Assembly (NCBI GenBank): GCA_024679065.1
Contig: JAGIQG010000001.1
Location: 106,888,001-106,952,000, forward strand
Source of the DNA: Sphyrna mokarran
Taxonomy: Eukaryota
Reading direction: 5' to 3'
Length of the DNA: 64,000 nt
A program made the translations under genes and the position numbers. Below, piece by piece: positions 51,147-64,000 of this stretch. Each line of letters begins with the position of its first letter. Position 1 is the stretch's first letter. The notes under the pieces were generated by a model. The model did not search any database and was not told the origin of the DNA. It was given only the letters and a program-made list of their open reading frames with translations.

Positions 51147-52564
51147 TTCAGTGCAGATCACTGCCATTTAAATCTGATTACAAATACTGCAGAAAGTTAT
51201 CTTGAGAGAAACAATGTCCATCTGGTATTTAACCATGAAATCTAAGGTGAAATGTACAAAGGTCTACTCATGACACCGTAACCAGGCAGTCAGCATGACA
51301 AAGCTTAACTGACTTACTTATCTGATTGGCTAGTTTTTAAGTATTTAAATATTCGGTCAGTTTCAGGATCAATGTCAGCAGACTTTGCACACTCTACCTA
51401 GGTAAGACAGCATGAACAATTGATTCCGTGGCAACCACACACAATCATTTCAATTAATAAAACAGCACATTTTAAGGAGACAGGTTGAATCAAAATTTTA
51501 AATCAATTTAATAAAACATAAACGTATTTGAGAAAGCCTCTGTCACATCATCTACCTGTCTGTAGAAATAACACATAAGTACCTGCAAGCTTTTGAAACA
51601 TGTGGTTATCTTCAAAGTGGGTTAGATGATTCAGATTAGTGAGCATGCATAACTGCAGCCAGAGGAATGATACTAGATACCAGGTCCAAAACCTGTCTTT
51701 TGTTCATGTTTGTAGCTTTGAGGCCACTTAATCTTGTACGAGCAAACATGTTATGCCAATGTACTTCTTCAATGGTTAAATATTAGTTTTAATTTTTAAA
51801 AACCAGCTTACCCACTCAGACGGCCTTTTAAACGTTGGGCAATCTTTTCAAGCCTTCCTTAATCCACTTGTTAATTTACATTTGTAACAGAAGCATTCCA
51901 CTGTTCAACATGGCTCTCTCCCTCTCACGGCCAAACAACTCCTCCACTAACTAATCACAAGTCCATCCTGCTCCAGACAGGAATGTGCCACATTGTAAAA
52001 GGGAGGTGAAGTCTAAAAATGAACTCTGCCAAGTGCTGTTAAAAAAAACAAAGACGCCCACTGATTTTAATCCTATAGAAATCAACAGGAGATGTTAGCC
52101 TCAGCAGCTGTTAAGTACAGGATTGCCTGAAGATGGGGAGTAATTAAATAATTCCTCACCATCTCACCCCTTCCATTTCTAATCATTGTCTGGATAACCC
52201 ACTGTGGCACTCAGGGCTTTCTAGAAATGAAGTTTTGGAGGTAGCGTTATGGGCAGCTCAAGTTGAAAACTGACTTGAAAGGATACTGGTGAGATCAAGC
52301 GTGCACCAAGATCGTCGTTTGGGGATGAAATTCATCTCGTATTTTGGACGTTTCAAAATTACTTCCAGAAAAATATAATATTTATTGATTTAATACAATG
52401 TTGACAAACACAATTAGAACATTTATATAACACCTTTTCACACACCTCCTGGAAATGTTTCAAAGTGCTTCACGTACAATTAATTACTTTAAAACCCAAA
52501 TGATTGTTGTGTTAAAAACCCAGTAACCACTGTACACAGCAAAGGATTACTTACTGATAAATGA

Positions 52565-52720
52565 AATAAAAACAATAAATACTGGAAATACTCAACTGTT
52601 CTGATGAAAGATCATTAACCTAATAACTCTATCACTCTGCCCACAGATGCTACTTGACCCTGCTGAGTATTTTTAAGATTTTCTGTTTCTATTTTAGATT
52701 TTTCTATTCTATTTCTGCAG
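52565..52720. mobile_element. Fold-back PLE-derived element (family B) with partial hammerhead
   Basis: actggaaatactca...gttCTGATGAaagatc...cacagatgct...tgctgagtattt. Confidence 0.6.
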
Positions 52721-53229
52721 TATCTTTCTGAGGGAAGGATTAATCTGGTTTTGATTTTATCAGTTGTGTGCACAGTGTGAAGCAGTTGTGAAGGTTAAAA
52801 TGAATTAAATAGCCTTTTTATATTTTTTAATAATACAAGTAAAGCCAAAATCAAAATCCAGACTAACCTTTTTGAAAATACCCAAATTCTATTATATTTT
52901 CCTCAATCTCTCTGCTGATCAAAGTTCTTCAAATTATATTAACAAGCAGTACAGATTACGAAGACCTCAGGCTTGATTTCAGTTCTGTCCAGTTTGCTGA
53001 CCAAAACTGTGGAGTGTCACAAGCACCACTGTATTGGCCTTTATTGTATCTTGCAAAGATGGACTATCACCCAGTAGATTAGCGAATGAACAGTTTACTA
53101 AATTAAGTAACTATGTGCAAAAAGTGATATAAAGGCTACAGTACTCCACAACTCCAGGCTCCTAACTGGCAATGAAAACCAATGCTCAGCTCCAGGTTTT
53201 GCATATTCTGGTCTGACTGGCTGAGTGGG

Positions 53230-55010
53230 TCACATGGCCCTCTGAGAATTGACCCTTAAAAGGCCACACTACCACCTCACTCCACTTTGAATTCCTGATT
53301 AACACTTTTCAATAACAACTGAACAATTTGCAATATTATACTACAAATTTATCTCAAACATAGTCCCTTATAAGATAAGTCAGTCCAGTGACTTCCTGAT
53401 CCTTTGGGAGCACTATAATTCACTAGCAGTTGCTCTGGATATTGAGGTAACTTCAGTTTGAACCTCAATGGATGGATTCTCAACTTGCAAAGGTGCGTCA
53501 ATGCAGATAATTTCTCCAGTTTCCACTGGACTATTACTTGTTTCTTCCTTGGGGTGGCTCACTGCTGCAGTACTTTCATCCATATCACTGATAGGCATAC
53601 AAGGGACAGGCTGCCCCACTGGTTCAGTATGTGATTCTCTCCTCCTCAAATGGTCCAGGTGTTTCTTTACCCTTTTTCCTTGGACAGCTATTTCATATGA
53701 CACTGGACCTTTTCTGGACACAACTATTCCAGGGATCCAATTTGACCAGCACCATATTTCTTTACATAAACCAAGTTGTCTTCCTTAAATGCTCTCTCCA
53801 TTTTTATCAAGTGGTGATGCTTCTGTGTATTCTGTTTTGCTTCACTTTCCCTACCAAATTTGGAAAAATGAGATCCAAACTTGTCTTAATATGTCTGCCC
53901 ATTAGCACCTTGGCAGATGCAATACCTGTAGTGCTACAGGGTGCTGTTCTATAGATGATAAGGAAACGGGCCAGTTTGGTTTGTGGAGAGGCTGAAGAGT
54001 GATGACACGGTGGCTTTAAACGTTTGGTTGGCTCACTCAGCCAGTCCACTTGAAGCAGACTGATAGGGTGCAGTTCAAATATGTCGAATGCCATTGGTTC
54101 TGATGAAACATTGTAACTTTTCGCGAGTGAAAGTGGTCCCATTATTGGATACTAGCACTTTGGGCAATCAGTGGGCGGCAAATGTCTGTTGCAATTTCTT
54201 GACTGTTGCTGATGAGGTCATGGGCTTCATTATGTATATGTCCAACTACTTGGAGTGTGCATCTATTACAAACAAGAAGGTGGTCCCCATGAATAGGTCC
54301 ACAAAATCAATGTTAGCTGCGCTGATGGTTGACCTGGCCACTCCAAAAGTTGTATTACTGGTGCAGATGGCAATTTTTGCTGCATTTCACATTGTTTTTC
54401 CAGATTCTTAATGTTGACATCTATCCCAGATCACCATGCATAAGCATGGTCATCATTCCAGGACAGGGACAATGTAATTCCTGTAACATTAACTTTCTAG
54501 TGGGAGTAGGAATGACCACTCTTGCTTACCATAATAATATTCCATCCTCACAACTGAACTTGTCTTTTCTTAGCTGTAAGGGCCTTAATTGCTCAGACCT
54601 ATTATCATAATGCCAGCTGTGGAGGACTATATGCTATACCCGAGATAATGTGCAGTCTTTCTGAATCCAAAACATGACCAGTCATGCTGACATGGACAAC
54701 ATATCAAGAAAGATTAAAGGAAGAACAATGTGCTGTGGTGCTAGCAGAGGTGATATGCTTTCGGGTAGGGGAAAGCAGCTTAATTCATCTGTGTTTGAAA
54801 GGTGTGTGCCAGCCAATGTTGAAAAATATTCATAGATTCTAGCCATCGAGACTAGCATTGGACCCTCACGCAAGCTTTGGGAGGAATGACTTTATCCTCC
54901 TGAAATAGATCTAATGGAGCTTGTGGTCAGTAACTCCTGTGAAATGCTGCCCATAAATGTATTGATGGAACTTCTTCACTCCAAAGATATCAGCTTTTTC
55001 AATTTGAGGG
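53230..55010 (-). mobile_element. Decayed Ty3/Gypsy LTR retrotransposon (RNase H, integrase)
   Basis: YPQIEK..IFGVKKFHQYIYGQHF..TDHK (RNase H), LARFLIIYRTAPCSTTG..AKVLMGR (integrase), GPVSYEI...KKHLDHLRRR (integrase C-terminus), in RH-INT order. Confidence 0.85.
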
Positions 55011-56461
55011 TAATCAGAGCACTGGAAGGAAATCCATACAGACACAGAGACAAAGTGTAAGCCCTCCTGCTGAAAAATGGGTGAGAGGACCTCACTCAGC
55101 ACAGCTCAGTTTCATTTTAATCAACATCTGGGGCCATATACACTGTTGACTGCTTAAATCAGGAGCTTTTGCTGTTCAATAAAACTGGAAATGTATTACT
55201 TTGTAGATTAAAAGACCAGTTAACAAGGAGGTGCTGAAAAGATAAGAATAGCCCATGGATTGACTTCCAATGTGCTTTATTGCTGTTAGTTAACAGTAAC
55301 AATTATGTGCCAGTTCTGTTTGGCTGGTGACAGAATGGGTTTGTAACAAAAAGAATCCTAAAAAAAATCAGCCTGAGAGTGAACATTCTTTAGAATAAAC
55401 ACACCCGCAGTCACACCGTATGTAGGAGAATATTCAGCAAAACATCTGTTGACCATCTAAGTATATTGAGATCCAAGAGAGCCGTTATCAGTTTGCCACT
55501 GTACAGGACTCAAACACAATGCTTAATCTGCAAAACGTAAATGTTACATAGAAAACTATATCACATCATCAGTCATGATTTTTACTGTTGTGGAACTGAT
55601 TGCTTTGTTGATGTTTGGAGGTTGAATTCTGCTGAGGAGGTTTTTGCCTGCTGTAACCTAGGCAGAAGATCCAGAGAAGCAATATAAATATTGTTTATGT
55701 CACATCTTCGATTATTTCCATAGAACTGCACCAAAGTTACAGCGGACAATTAGGAAAAAGCCCCAGGGAAATTCAACCTCTTGAATTGTTGTTACACCCT
55801 TTCATAAACATTATTGGCACTTGGTAAGAAGTTTACCTCATCTTGCAGGATATGGTTTGGTGCACACACACTATGTAATATGAGAATGAAGCCAGTAAAT
55901 AACTGCGAATTTGTTACAGAAGTATAACACAGCTGAAGGATTCTGGTGCCCTGATAAACCACAGGAACAGTTCATGTGCAGAGCCCCGAGACTGTCACAC
56001 AACTACTTATTGTTCAAATACCAGTCAATCTTCTGTGGAATGGGAGTGGAGGAGTCAAACTCAAGTTAGTTCAGGTGAAGTAACATTCAATGCCAAAAAT
56101 AACTGAGCCAAGGTGCGTGGGCGTCAGTCTTCACTGTAAAGTCATAGATTATGTCCTTATTGCTGTATTTCCATTTTAAATTCCTATGTCACCTGCCTCT
56201 TTCAACAAGCTTTTGATCAGTTGTTCAAAAACCTTCTGATGTGATTTAGTACCAGACATTATTTGATAACACACCTGTGAAGCATCTTTTACTATGCTAA
56301 AGGCACTATGTAGAAGCAAATTGTTACTTATAATTGAAATTCGCTGTCCAAAAATGTTATGCAGTTCTGACAACTTTCCTATCAGCAATGGCACTGCAGC
56401 ACCTCCACTGAGACGAGCGTGACATTGCAGCACCATTAAGATTACACAGGTATGAGAACAT

Positions 56462-56618
56462 GGAGGGGGATTTTCTGGCCTCTCTGTGGCATGTTTCTCA
56501 TGGTGGGAGGCAGTGCACTGTTCACCGGCCGCATGTTGTCAGACAACCCACTGCGGGGGTGCAGCGTCAGCAGGATTTGAAGATCCCACCAGTGTGAACA
56601 GCAGAAAATTCTGGCCCA
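56462..56618. mobile_element. Palindromic MITE-like element
   Basis: gggggattttctg ... cagaaaattctggccc ends, with internal ggtggga/tcccacc and gttcac/gtgaac inverted pairs. Confidence 0.6.
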
Positions 56619-59600
56619 TGGCAATTTGGAATGAAAAATTGATCACAGGAAGTGTGTGTAGGTAGGTTAGGTGGAATGATGTTCACAAGTTAATGACTCA
56701 TTCTGAAATTAAATTACATTTTCCTGCTTGAGGGTCCATGGCTACTGCTATAAGTTTGATTGACATTGCACACCAGGCTTGGAAATTGACAAATATCTCT
56801 TTTCCTGGATTGTTGTTACAACAATGGACACACATTGTTGCAAAATCATTTGTAAAACTAAAAGTATTTTACTGAAGTATAGATACTCATTAACCTGTGC
56901 ATATTGCAAAAAAATATATTCTGGTGCAATGTTGTGCAGTAACCTAGCTGGAGTAAATAATAAAGGCTGATTTCTGCATAGCAGAATGGGCATCTACTTC
57001 GACTCAATTGCATTATTGAACATACACTTCCTGTCAAAGAACAAAGTGTATAAAATTCCCTGTACACCTAAGTATGTAATTTGATAGAGCAAACAAAGTA
57101 GATTTAATCAAACGTAGAGAAGATTCAATCTGTTATGTTCTGATGTCAGGTAACAATATGTAATACAGAAAATTGGAATGCTAATAATTCTTTGGTTTTG
57201 TTTATTGGGCTGAGTTGATTTGATCATAATTTATTATTCAGAACAAAACCTGATTGAATTTACCACAGTTTTTTAACCTAAGTCAGAGCACTGTTCTGGA
57301 TTTAGTATTTCATACTATATACAGTATTATACCATAGATCATTACAAAATATAAAATAAGCATTAGTTCAATTAACTTGACAGCAGGCTGAGTTGGTCAT
57401 TTCTGAATGAACATGATTTTTTCTATGACAAAATTATACATCTTTATCTACAAGAAATACAAAACATTGGAAGTACTTGAAAAAAATTAACTGCTTAGTA
57501 GGAATCGTAGGTTTATACCTCACAGAAAGAGACCCTTCCGACCATTGTGTCTGCATCAACAACAACTTATATTTATTTTGCACCTTCAACATAATGAAAT
57601 GTTCCAAGATGCTGCAACAGTTCTTCAAAAGAGCTATCCATTTAGCCTTACTCCCTTGCTCTTTGCAGGGGCTCTCATTCAAAGGCTATCTGTATCTGAT
57701 CGAGTGAGTGACATTGGGGAGAAGCTGGAGTACAGGAAGCCACATCCCTGCCCTTGTTTTCAACACCACATCACGCCCCCCAACTCCGGCTTGTGCCCTA
57801 CCTACCTGACTCCAGAGGATCCATCACCAATCCTACAGGTAGACCCCAGTGTAATGTCAAGAATGGGCAACACTCCCAGTGCCCCAAATGGTACTGCAGA
57901 ACTGCCAGCCTCGAATTGGCCAGCAGTTCTCGGGCAAGATTTCCATCTTACTGGGCCTTAATTCAGTACAAGGCTCAGGGTTGTCCAAGTAAATGCCTAA
58001 TTACCTTGGAACTGTCTTAGACTTTCTATGGAAAGATGACGTAGTTCTCCAACCAGTGAGCAGGACCCATGTCGCTGGCGGTAAATCCCACCCAAGGAAG
58101 GAGAAAATGAATCAACAAAAGGCACAGGAGAAAAGATGGAACAGAGTCTATTTCCAGGATGCTGGATTCTCTTGCTGTCACAACCACGGGATGTCGAATC
58201 CCTGTACCAGCTGTAGTTGTTCATGGAGGCTGGCATCTTTCTTTTGATTGTGCTTGACGTGGAAAGTGCCCTATATAATCAATTGCTTATCTCTAATGGA
58301 GAAAGTTGCCTATGGTCCTTTGTGGACTTGAGTTAATGACCCACCCTGACCTACTGTGGAATTTGCATCATTATTATGCAATCTGCATTGTGTAACCTCC
58401 AGCAGCTATACCTTTTCAAAGCCCGTACGGCTGAGAATAATAGGTTTTCAGATAAAACTGCAAATTGTAATGCAACTTTCGGGGATATTTGAAAACTTAG
58501 GCTCAGTACTCATATGAAGCTCTTCATCTGCACTGTGGAAAAACAAGGTATTTTATGTTGATCAGCACAATGTTTCAGTAACTGTGTACATCTGCTGATA
58601 GGGTTTTTTAAAAATTCATTTTCTTCCCTTTTTCAGGCTCCCTCATTCCGTACGTTAATCCCCAGACCAAAAGGTGCAGCAGACAATTTGTTCCCATTGC
58701 TGACCTGGGAAGGTTTACTTGCCTGTTTTCTTTTCCATTGCTCCTGGTTTGGAAAATGCTTGGCTCTGTTCCTCATCGTCTGGACGATGTGACAGCCAGG
58801 ATTGCACACACGCCACACGGTGGAAATGCAAGCTTCTTACTGCTCTGCGGTCTATCACATACTGTGCATGATCCAACTACAATTACCAAAGCTGGCCTGC
58901 TGCAGTGGTCATATTAGATGGCCAGCTCGATGAAAGCCGCCAGAAAGTTCGACATTTCATCTCCCAGGAAACAACAAAACCCTCCAAGAATGAAAGAGTG
59001 CAAGCAAAGTCAGTGCAGGGTGAGCCAGAGAGCAATGCCATCCTCCATACACAAAGTCTCTCGTGTCACAAAAAGCAGGCCAAGATTGGGCTGACTGCTG
59101 AGGGTAGCAGAATGGGAAAGAGCAGGAGACAAAGCTCAGCTCTATTTATTTGTTGGATTTAACACTTTTTTTTTTTAGGAACTTCACAATGTATACAAAA
59201 TTGCCAAATGCTCAAGCATTTATAGGCACCTAAAATAAATTCTGCTCTTGTACAAAGAAGAACATTGAAATCTTCATCTGCCACAACACTGCACATTGAA
59301 GAAGCCATCCTGTAAATATTTTAAAATAAGAATGTTTATTCACTTTATATGAAATATCATGGCATAGCAACTGTTCGGAAAAGGATAGTAGGATTTCTTT
59401 TGATTAAAGCCCAACAACTAACCTGGCAAAATGCCTCAGTTCATGAAACATTTTCACCCAGCATGATATTCTAATCCTATAAATTTGTTCCGGCAGCAGC
59501 CTGGTAGTGAATATGCCAGGCAAATCCGTTTTAGGAATTATTTACATTTTGTTGAGGTGTCTGGAAAACATGGTGACTGAAAGAAAAGGAGTGTGCCCCT

Positions 59601-60384
59601 CATCTATAATTAATGGAACTAATTGCAAATAAGGGTGGCACTCAAAATTAATCTTGTGCATGTTGTAAGTGCACCTACCTACCATTGTTGAGTTGTCTAC
59701 TTCACAACTATGCAAAGCTAATTGTACGGCCTCAATATTGTATAAATCCTTTCATAATGGGCAGGAGAATGCTAAACTGCTGAAGTGCACAATGCATCTC
59801 CATCCTGCCATGTATATGTCATGGTTTAGAGACATAACACTTCATTAACATGCATCTGCCAGGCACCCACGATACAATTGGAAGGCTGATTTGAATTGAA
59901 AACTTGTCAGTGAGACATTCAAGGGCTCTGAAACGTGATATTAAAAGGGAGATGGAGTTACTGGTTCAAGAAGATAATGTCTTTTAAGACCTCCTTATAG
60001 GTCAGAAAGAACTGTAGTAGCTCAATAGTAGCCACAAGAAAACCTTTCACATCCCTCTGCCAATGGTGGCTTCTCATGTCCCCTCTGTGAGCAACAACTC
60101 TCCCTGGTCCAGCCCCAAATTCTGCCTCTGTCCCAAATATCCAGAAAGGTTCCTGACTACTATGGCTTCCCAGCAGATGGCCAGGTTGTCTTCATCAACT
60201 GCCTTGCAGCAAATGGTCCTGCTGAATTGTTCCTGTGCTGCTGGGCCTTTCCCCCCGTGCTCTTCCCATCTTTCTGCAGCAGGCCCTTATCTACACTATG
60301 GTTTTACTACCAAGGGAATTTCATAATCTTCTAAGCATGATCTTCTAAGTTTTAAGTTTTACTGCCTGTACACGGTAAACATTT

Positions 60385-60870
60385 AGTATTCATTGTTCAG
60401 AGAAGGTTCAGTAGATTGATTCCACAGAAATGGAGTTTGTCTTCTGAAGAGAGATTGAGCAATTTAGGTCTATACTTTCTGGAGGTTAGAGGAATGAAGG
60501 GAGATCTAATTGAGGTATATAAGATGATAAAGGGGATTGATGGGGTAGACATAGAGAGGATATTTCCTCTTGTGGAGCAATCTAGAATGAGAGATCATAG
60601 TTTTAAGACAAAGTATAGTTGATTAAAACAAAGATGAGAAGAAATTATTTCTTTCAAAGGGTCGTGAATCACTACTCTAGAGCACGTTGAATGCCAGGAC
60701 ATTAAGTACGTTTGAGGAGGAGATGGATTTTTAATTAATAATGGCTTGAAGGGTTATAAAAACAGGCAGGAGAGTGGAGTTGAGGCTGTGACGAGATCAG
60801 CCATGATTGTATTGAATGGCAGAGCAGGTCACAGAATACCTACTCCTGCTCCTGGTTCTTATGTTCTTAG
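60385..60870 (+). mobile_element. CR1 LINE 3' fragment
   Basis: EERLSNLGLYFLEVRGMKGDLIEVYKMIKG. Ends cctactcctgctcctggttcttatgttctt. Confidence 0.85.
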
Positions 60871-62089
60871 TTTTTCCTAAGTTCCAGAGAGAAGCTCTAG
60901 TCACACATATGAGTGGTCATGTGCAGAGCTCTCTTCTTGAGCAAACAATTTAAATAAACTATCCCAAGATTAGCTGATACATTTCCATAAAAAGGCTCCT
61001 AATTGCAGAATGATTATGAAACACATTCTGATTTCACTCCTGTTGACCAGAAGCATTCCAGTCAATATGAATGGATTCACATGAAAGCCACCAGTACAAA
61101 TGAACACTGCAGTCCTCAAACTGAAATTACTTTCAAAGGACTTGCTGTCAAAAAATCTCCAGCATTTTGTAACCATGTGATCTGTCAATTAACCACACAC
61201 ACAATTTGATTATAAAATTATGACAGGAAAAAGTTGGACTGCTTACCAATATCACCAAAAAGGTCAGTATGATAAGTCACTTTGCTTACCCTTTATTTCC
61301 TGATGGAAGAAATTTAACCACAAGTGCCAAAAGAAACACAAAAAGCAGCTCCCTGTACATTTCATGACAACATTGTTCCATTCTGCTCAGATTTTTAATA
61401 TGTAAACACCATAAACAAAGCAAAATACTTTTCATGTTGTAAAATTCTGTGGAACTAACAGCAGATGACAAGAATTATCCACTAGGAAAAAAATTATCAT
61501 TAGCCAACAACAGCTGATCTCAAGACTTGTACTGTGTTGTAAGCAAGATAAATCTTTCTGCACATTTTCTCAGTTCACATAAATGCTTTGAAATGAATGA
61601 AATATGAGGTCGATTAACAGACTCTTAACACAATGGAGAGAGATGGCATCTTAAAGGAACAGTGATACCAGGACTTTCTACCTTGCGTGTTAGATACTCC
61701 TAATTATAATCAGGGTTCAGTTGCAGTGGAATTGAATATAGATGGAGTTGTGCAGGGCTGGCGTATTGTGATATTGGTTATCTCTGTTTGAACAGTTTGA
61801 GGATGGACTGATTGTCACAAATATTTCCTTTCTACAGAGATTCTGTTGAATCTATCATTTTGCTCACCATTAAAAGTCACAACTAAAAAGATTTATGAAG
61901 ATATGTAGACCAATTCGAACTAACAATTCTGAGTCACTTCTTGCAGCATATCCAATCCCTAGCCTGCTCTTGTAGGCATGCTGTTGAAATATCAAGATCC
62001 AACAAATAGTGATGAGGTAAATCATAACCTGATCTACCAACTGTAACTTGTTTTGCTTTCACACAATGCTGACCCTTGTTCTGTTATTA

Positions 62090-62402
62090 ACACTTTCTGT
62101 TCCCTTGCCTTTTTCCCATCATTAGTACCTATTTTAGTCTTTAACACTTCTATTAACATTCCCTTTGTCTTGAATTCATGACATTTTTCTCAATTTCACC
62201 TCACCTCCCACCTATCCCTGATCTTTTCTCCTCTGCCTTCTCCGCAGTATCCCATATCTGCCCCTCTTTCGTTCTGAAGAAATCATACGGAATCAAAACA
62301 TTAACTCTATTTTTCTCTTCATAGATGCTGCCAGACTTTTGCTGAGTCTTTTCAGCAAATTTTTATTTCAGATTTCCAGCATCTACAGTTTTTTGCTTTT
62401 AC
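62090..62402 (+). mobile_element. PLE family B 3' UTR with decayed hammerhead
   Basis: Pyrimidine-rich UTR, then gtt-CTGAAGA...AAAA-ca-TT-aac, catagatgctgccagac...atttcagatttccagcatct. Confidence 0.65.
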
Positions 62403-62692
62403 AGAACGAACCCATTTGGCCCATTGTGCTGGTGCCAGCTTTTTGAAAGAGATTTCTATTTAATCCCATTCCCCACTTTCTCCCAAAAGCAGTTCCTCTC
62501 TGTTCAAATGCAATTGAATCTTTCACCACCTTTCAGGTAGCACATTCCTTTCAAGCATTTCCTTATCTTGGAACGTTATGTGAATCCTAACTTATTGGAG
62601 CTACTGAATAATTTGTTTTATTGGGGCCCTTCTTTGGAGCTATGAAATTGTTCATTTCATGTCAATAGCTTTCTTGCACACATGGTGTAGGC

Positions 62693-63140
62693 AACAAAGA
62701 ACAAAGAAAATTACAGCACAGGAACAGGCTCTTTGGTCCTCCAAGCCTGCACCAACCATGTTATCTGACTTAACTAAAACCCCCTACACTTCCAGTGACC
62801 ATATCCCTCTATTCCCATGTCATTCATGTACCTATCAAGATGCCCTTTAAAAGGCATTACCGTATCTGTTTCCACTATCTACCCTGGCATTGAATTCCAG
62901 ACATCCACAACTCTGTGTAAAAAGATCTGCCTTGTACATCTATTTTAAAACTTGCCCGTTGCACCTTAAACCTATTTCTTTCTTCTTTCCTCCCCCCCAC
63001 CCCACCCTCCCGCCACCCTCACTGTAATTGACTCTTCCACCCTAGGAAAAGCTTCTGACTATTCACTCTGTCCATGTCTCTCATAATTTTGTAGACCTCT
63101 ATCAGTTCTCCCCTCAATCTCTGTCGCTCCAGTGAAAACA
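62693..63140 (-). mobile_element. CR1/HER1 LINE 3' fragment
   Basis: Colinear with 22412-22820, same tail caaagaacaaagaaaattacagcacaggaacagg. Confidence 0.88.
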
Positions 63141-63310
63141 AGGCTAAAACAAAATCTAAGCTTTGTCCAAAACCAATGCTACTGCTAAATGAAGAGAAAA
63201 AGGTTCATAAATCAAGGGTGTTCAAACAGCACTGCCTATTTCCTAGTGACAAAGAACAGAATAGATATGTATTTACATCTACTTACTTGAATAAGTAATA
63301 CAAATCCAAC

Positions 63311-63512
63311 CATGATGTGGAAATGCCGGCATTGGACTTGGGTGGGCACAGAGAGAAGTCTCACAACATCAGGTTAAAGTCCAACAGGTTTATTTGGAAT
63401 CACAAGCTTTCGGACTGCTGCTCCTTCACCACCTGATAAAGGAGCAGCGCTCTGAAAGCTCGTGATTCCAAATAAACCTGTTGGATTTTAACCTTGTTTT
63501 GTGAGACTTCTT
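63311..63512. mobile_element. ~200-bp fold-back PLE family A element
   Basis: Arms 63354-63428 and about 63437-63511 are reverse complements. Plus hammerhead motif cac-CTGATAA-A-GGAGC-agc-GCTCT-GAAA-gc-TC-gtg. 3' tip catgatgtggaaatgccggc on the left end. Confidence 0.9.
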
Positions 63513-64000
63513 ATCAAGTACAACTAAACTGATCGAAGTTTGGCAAGGTACATCATATTCATTTCTAATGGTCAGCTTCAATTGCAATTGGAAATGTATC
63601 AATTTAAGGAATTTACATTGATATATTAGTAATTAAAAAATAAAGAAGTACTCAATGGGCCAAAGGAAAATTCACTTTCTATTGACAACCCATTGGCTTT
63701 GTTATATTTTGCTTGAAGAACATCTTACCTGGGATTTTTCATTCCTGTTTATGATGAGTGGATGTGGCGGTGGGAATAGAAAATATCGTGAAAGTGAGTG
63801 CAGGATTGAATAGGGAAAGGGTCATGCCCAGGACTGCCTCTTGGCACTGCCCCCAGAACTACTCTGTGGCACTGTCTCAGCAGTGTTGGGGAGGGGGGGG
63901 GGAACAGTGTCAGTGAACCCTTTTGTGCTGAAGTGGTCATTAAAAATGGCAGCCCAATCCTCAAATGTCTAAGTTGCTGGCGGTGCAGGCAAATTAGAGG

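Noticed and set aside
57545-57961. 138-aa ORF
   Set aside because: Begins in LINE-tail debris; no recognisable domain or splice support.
58920-58960. Hammerhead-like ctcgatgaaagccgccagaaag
   Set aside because: No CTGANGA core, no convincing stem II and no PLE context.

Overview
Eukaryotic, repeat-rich, essentially non-coding DNA (intron or intergenic) from a cartilaginous fish, most likely a shark. The assignment rests on HE1-type V-SINEs, HER1/CR1 LINEs, DeuSINE- and LF-SINE-like copies and Penelope-like elements (PLEs); family names are recognised from memory of consensus sequences, not from a search. No intact host protein-coding gene is identifiable. The longer ORFs in the track are retroelement debris: L2, Rex1/Babar and CR1 reverse transcriptase, CR1 ORF1 esterase, Gypsy RNase H/integrase and PLE GIY-YIG endonuclease. 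One candidate start-codon exon (3958-4081, minus) and one strong minus-strand donor (63729) may belong to a host gene with a very long intron. The most interesting signals are: (1) a ~220-bp interspersed repeat in two copies (39200-39416 minus; 47220-47425 plus) whose head is the first ~30 nt of U2 snRNA, a candidate snRNA-headed SINE; (2) PLE-derived insertions from at least three families with minimal hammerhead ribozyme motifs showing covarying stems and 9-16-bp target-site duplications, including one intact hammerhead core (38864-38897); (3) a ~1.3-kb PLE palindrome that holds an inverted copy of its own host flank; (4) V-SINEs with a common head but two alternative LINE-like tails. Boundaries of old repeats are approximate.
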